A stretch of DNA of 55,833 bases from a virus. Lineage: Duplodnaviria > Caudoviricetes. How positions within the stretch are numbered: position 1 is the stretch's first letter; each line of letters opens with the position of its first letter. The stretch is taken from the IMG/VR virus record IMGVR_UViG_3300021371_000019, positions 1 through 55,833 of that record. One strand, 5' to 3'. Both the position numbers and the translations under genes were made by a program. This document shows, piece after piece, positions 54,186 through 55,833 of this stretch. A model generated the notes under the pieces. That model was not told the origin of the DNA, made no database searches, and saw only the letters and a list, made by a program, of their open reading frames with translations.

Positions 54186-54215
54186 TTGACTTCCAAATTT
54201 AAAATAGTATAACTA
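54186..54215 (+). promoter_or_regulatory. Promoter TTGACT-N16-TATAAC(TA)
   Basis: Same architecture as 12386 and 39780. Confidence 0.75.
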
Positions 54216-54226
54216 AGGACAATCAA

Positions 54227-54472
54227 TTGCCTAAAATGTATTCTTCAGATAATGTGCTAGAGGAATTTTACAAAGCTCTAGCTGATGAGGATGAAGGCAG
54301 ACTCCGTAGAGTCCACATCCCAAGATCAGATGTGTTCTATATCAGAAATAAAATATTAGAGGACACAGGCGTTAAGTATTCCCTAGACAGAGTTGAAAGA
54401 GCTATGTACTTAGAGGGTCATCTTAAGGCTTCAGACGTGTTTGAACCTAGAAGAAAAAGAGATTGGGAATAA
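54227..54472 (+). CDS. Hypothetical protein, first gene of the late arm
   Basis: TAAGGA RBS before TTG; alternative ATG 54236. Confidence 0.75.
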   Translation: MPKMYSSDNVLEEFYKALADEDEGRLRRVHIPRSDVFYIRNKILEDTGVKYSLDRVERAMYLEGHLKASDVFEPRRKRDWE

Positions 54473-54476
54473 ACCT

Positions 54477-54722
54477 ATGGCAAAAACTGTTCTTGATGAT
54501 TGGAAAGTGCTACCACGACTAATGATGCTGGCAGTTACTATACTTACCTACCAAGCAGTACACTGGTTCATGTCTTTACCTGACCCTAGTGTAGCTCAAT
54601 CAGGTCTTGTCTCCGTTTGTATGGGAGCTTTGACTGGTTGCTTTGGGATTTGGATGGGTAAAGAATCTAAAACAACTGTAACACCTACTAGAGTTGTTCA
54701 TGAAGAAAGTTATAACAAATGA
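54477..54722 (+). CDS. Holin-like two-TM protein
   Basis: LD.W...PR, WFM.LPDP...Q.GL; two hydrophobic helices; in lysis cluster. Confidence 0.7.
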   Translation: MAKTVLDDWKVLPRLMMLAVTILTYQAVHWFMSLPDPSVAQSGLVSVCMGALTGCFGIWMGKESKTTVTPTRVVHEESYNK

Positions 54723-55072
54723 TTGGTCAAATTATAGGAGCAATTGGCGGATTAGCCTCTTCTTACCTAGATGGTAAGGTAGCAATACAAAAAGCTAACG
54801 CTGAGATTAAACTTAAGCAAGCTACTGGTGAGATAGACTGGGATCTAGCAGCTATTCAAGCTACTCAGAACTCTTGGAAAGACGAATGGATTACCTTGCT
54901 CTTTTCAATTCCATTGATTCTAGCATTCTGTGGTGATTGGGGTAATAGTATTGTTCAAGCTGGCTTTGCTGCACTAGAAACTATGCCAGCATGGTATCAA
55001 TATTCACTAGGTGGGATTGTTTCAGCAAGTATCGGGATTAGATCCGTAAGTAAATTCTTTGGGAAAAAGTAA
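54719..55072 (+). CDS. Holin-like membrane protein
   Basis: Amphipathic N-terminus, SWKDEW, two TM helices, basic C-terminus; before endolysin. Confidence 0.7.
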   Translation: MIGQIIGAIGGLASSYLDGKVAIQKANAEIKLKQATGEIDWDLAAIQATQNSWKDEWITLLFSIPLILAFCGDWGNSIVQAGFAALETMPAWYQYSLGGIVSASIGIRSVSKFFGKK

Positions 55073-55314
55073 TGGCTATTAATAGGACAGGTAAAGAAGA
55101 AAAACCTAGATTTACTGGGACTGAAAAGATAAGACTACGTAAAATCCTTAAAGATAATCCAGTGTATTTCGATAAAATACTTAGAGATCTTTATAAACCA
55201 CCAACTAAAAAAACCAAACCAAACTCTATCGGCCCAGAATTACGGGATAAAAAAGGTGTACTTAAACGAGCCTTATTGAATAAAGGTGGTATGGTAAAAG
55301 GTAAAAAGAAATGA
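55072..55314 (+). CDS. 80-aa basic accessory protein present only in this allele of the lysis locus
   Basis: TAATG and ATGA coupling at both ends; C-terminal LNKGGMV. Confidence 0.8.
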   Translation: MAINRTGKEEKPRFTGTEKIRLRKILKDNPVYFDKILRDLYKPPTKKTKPNSIGPELRDKKGVLKRALLNKGGMVKGKKK

Positions 55315-55820
55315 AAAAAAACTTTGACAAATGTTTATCAATGCTATTGCACCATGAAGGTGGGTTTGTAAATCACCCTAAAGATCCGGGCGGTATGACT
55401 AACCTCGGTGTTACTAAAGCGGTATATGACAAATGGATTGGTCGTGAGTCTACTGAACAAGAAATGCGAGACTTAACATTTATAGATGTAGCACCTATTT
55501 ACAAGAAGAATTATTGGGATAAGGTAAGAGGCGATGATCTTCCTAGCGGTGTTGACTGGTGTGCCTTTGACTGGGGGGTTAATAGTGGTTCTGGTCGTCC
55601 AGCTAAAGCTATTCAACGTGCTGTAGGGGTAACAGCAGATGGGGCTATTGGTCCTATGACCCTTCAAGCAATTATGAACAAAGATCCTCAGATGATTATT
55701 GAGAGTGTCTTTAGTCAACGCCAGAAGTTCTATGAGTCTTTACGTACCTTTGAAACCTTTGGTCGTGGTTGGACTCGTCGTAATAAAGAAACCCTAGACC
55801 AAGCATTGAGTATGATCTGA
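55311..55820 (+). CDS. Endolysin GH108, second allele
   Basis: Differs from 185..694 at 2 aa (I/M, A/V). Confidence 0.93.
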   Translation: MKKNFDKCLSMLLHHEGGFVNHPKDPGGMTNLGVTKAVYDKWIGRESTEQEMRDLTFIDVAPIYKKNYWDKVRGDDLPSGVDWCAFDWGVNSGSGRPAKAIQRAVGVTADGAIGPMTLQAIMNKDPQMIIESVFSQRQKFYESLRTFETFGRGWTRRNKETLDQALSMI

Positions 55821-55833
55821 TGAGTATACCTGA

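Larger units (their letters stand above)
1..55833. mobile_element. Near-complete or complete podovirus-like bacteriophage genome, circularly overlapping at the lysis locus
   Basis: Full set of packaging, head, tail, lysis and replication genes in two divergent arms; no host genes; the ends overlap. Confidence 0.96.
54888..55833 (+). repeat. Terminal overlap, copy 2
   Basis: Aligns to 1..707 with a 239-bp insertion. Confidence 0.97.

Noticed and set aside
53295-54226. tRNA or other known RNA gene in the large non-coding region
   Set aside because: No cloverleaf or T-loop GTTCRA in a suitable context was found by eye; a covariance-model scan would be needed to exclude it fully

Overview
This window is essentially one complete ~55.1 kb genome of a short-tailed dsDNA phage (podovirus-type) with two divergent arms. 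The + arm (54.2 kb, wrapping through position 1, to 35.6 kb) carries holins, a GH108 endolysin, many small basic proteins, terminase, portal, scaffold, capsid, tail and fibre genes and large internal virion proteins. The - arm (53.3 kb down to 35.6 kb) carries small early genes, a tyrosine recombinase, ThyX, a T7-like primase-helicase, PolA, SSB, nucleases, MazG and a class II (B12) ribonucleotide reductase. No RNA polymerase, tRNA, CRISPR array or reverse transcriptase was seen. Gene content resembles marine alphaproteobacterial (Roseobacter/SAR116-type) podoviruses; this is inference, not a database result. The two ends are diverged copies of the lysis locus that differ by one precisely inserted gene. 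Most notable: (1) seven copies of a ~20-bp dyad motif in the early region, mostly at gene junctions, near the recombinase; (2) a shared [FYLMR]-x-x-G-G-[MVL] peptide tag in four unrelated late proteins; (3) a chain of back-to-back palindromes in the divergent control region; (4) tiny ORFs missed by the ORF track that resemble ArfA, Rmf and DUF1127; (5) structured RNA leaders before the scaffold and capsid genes.
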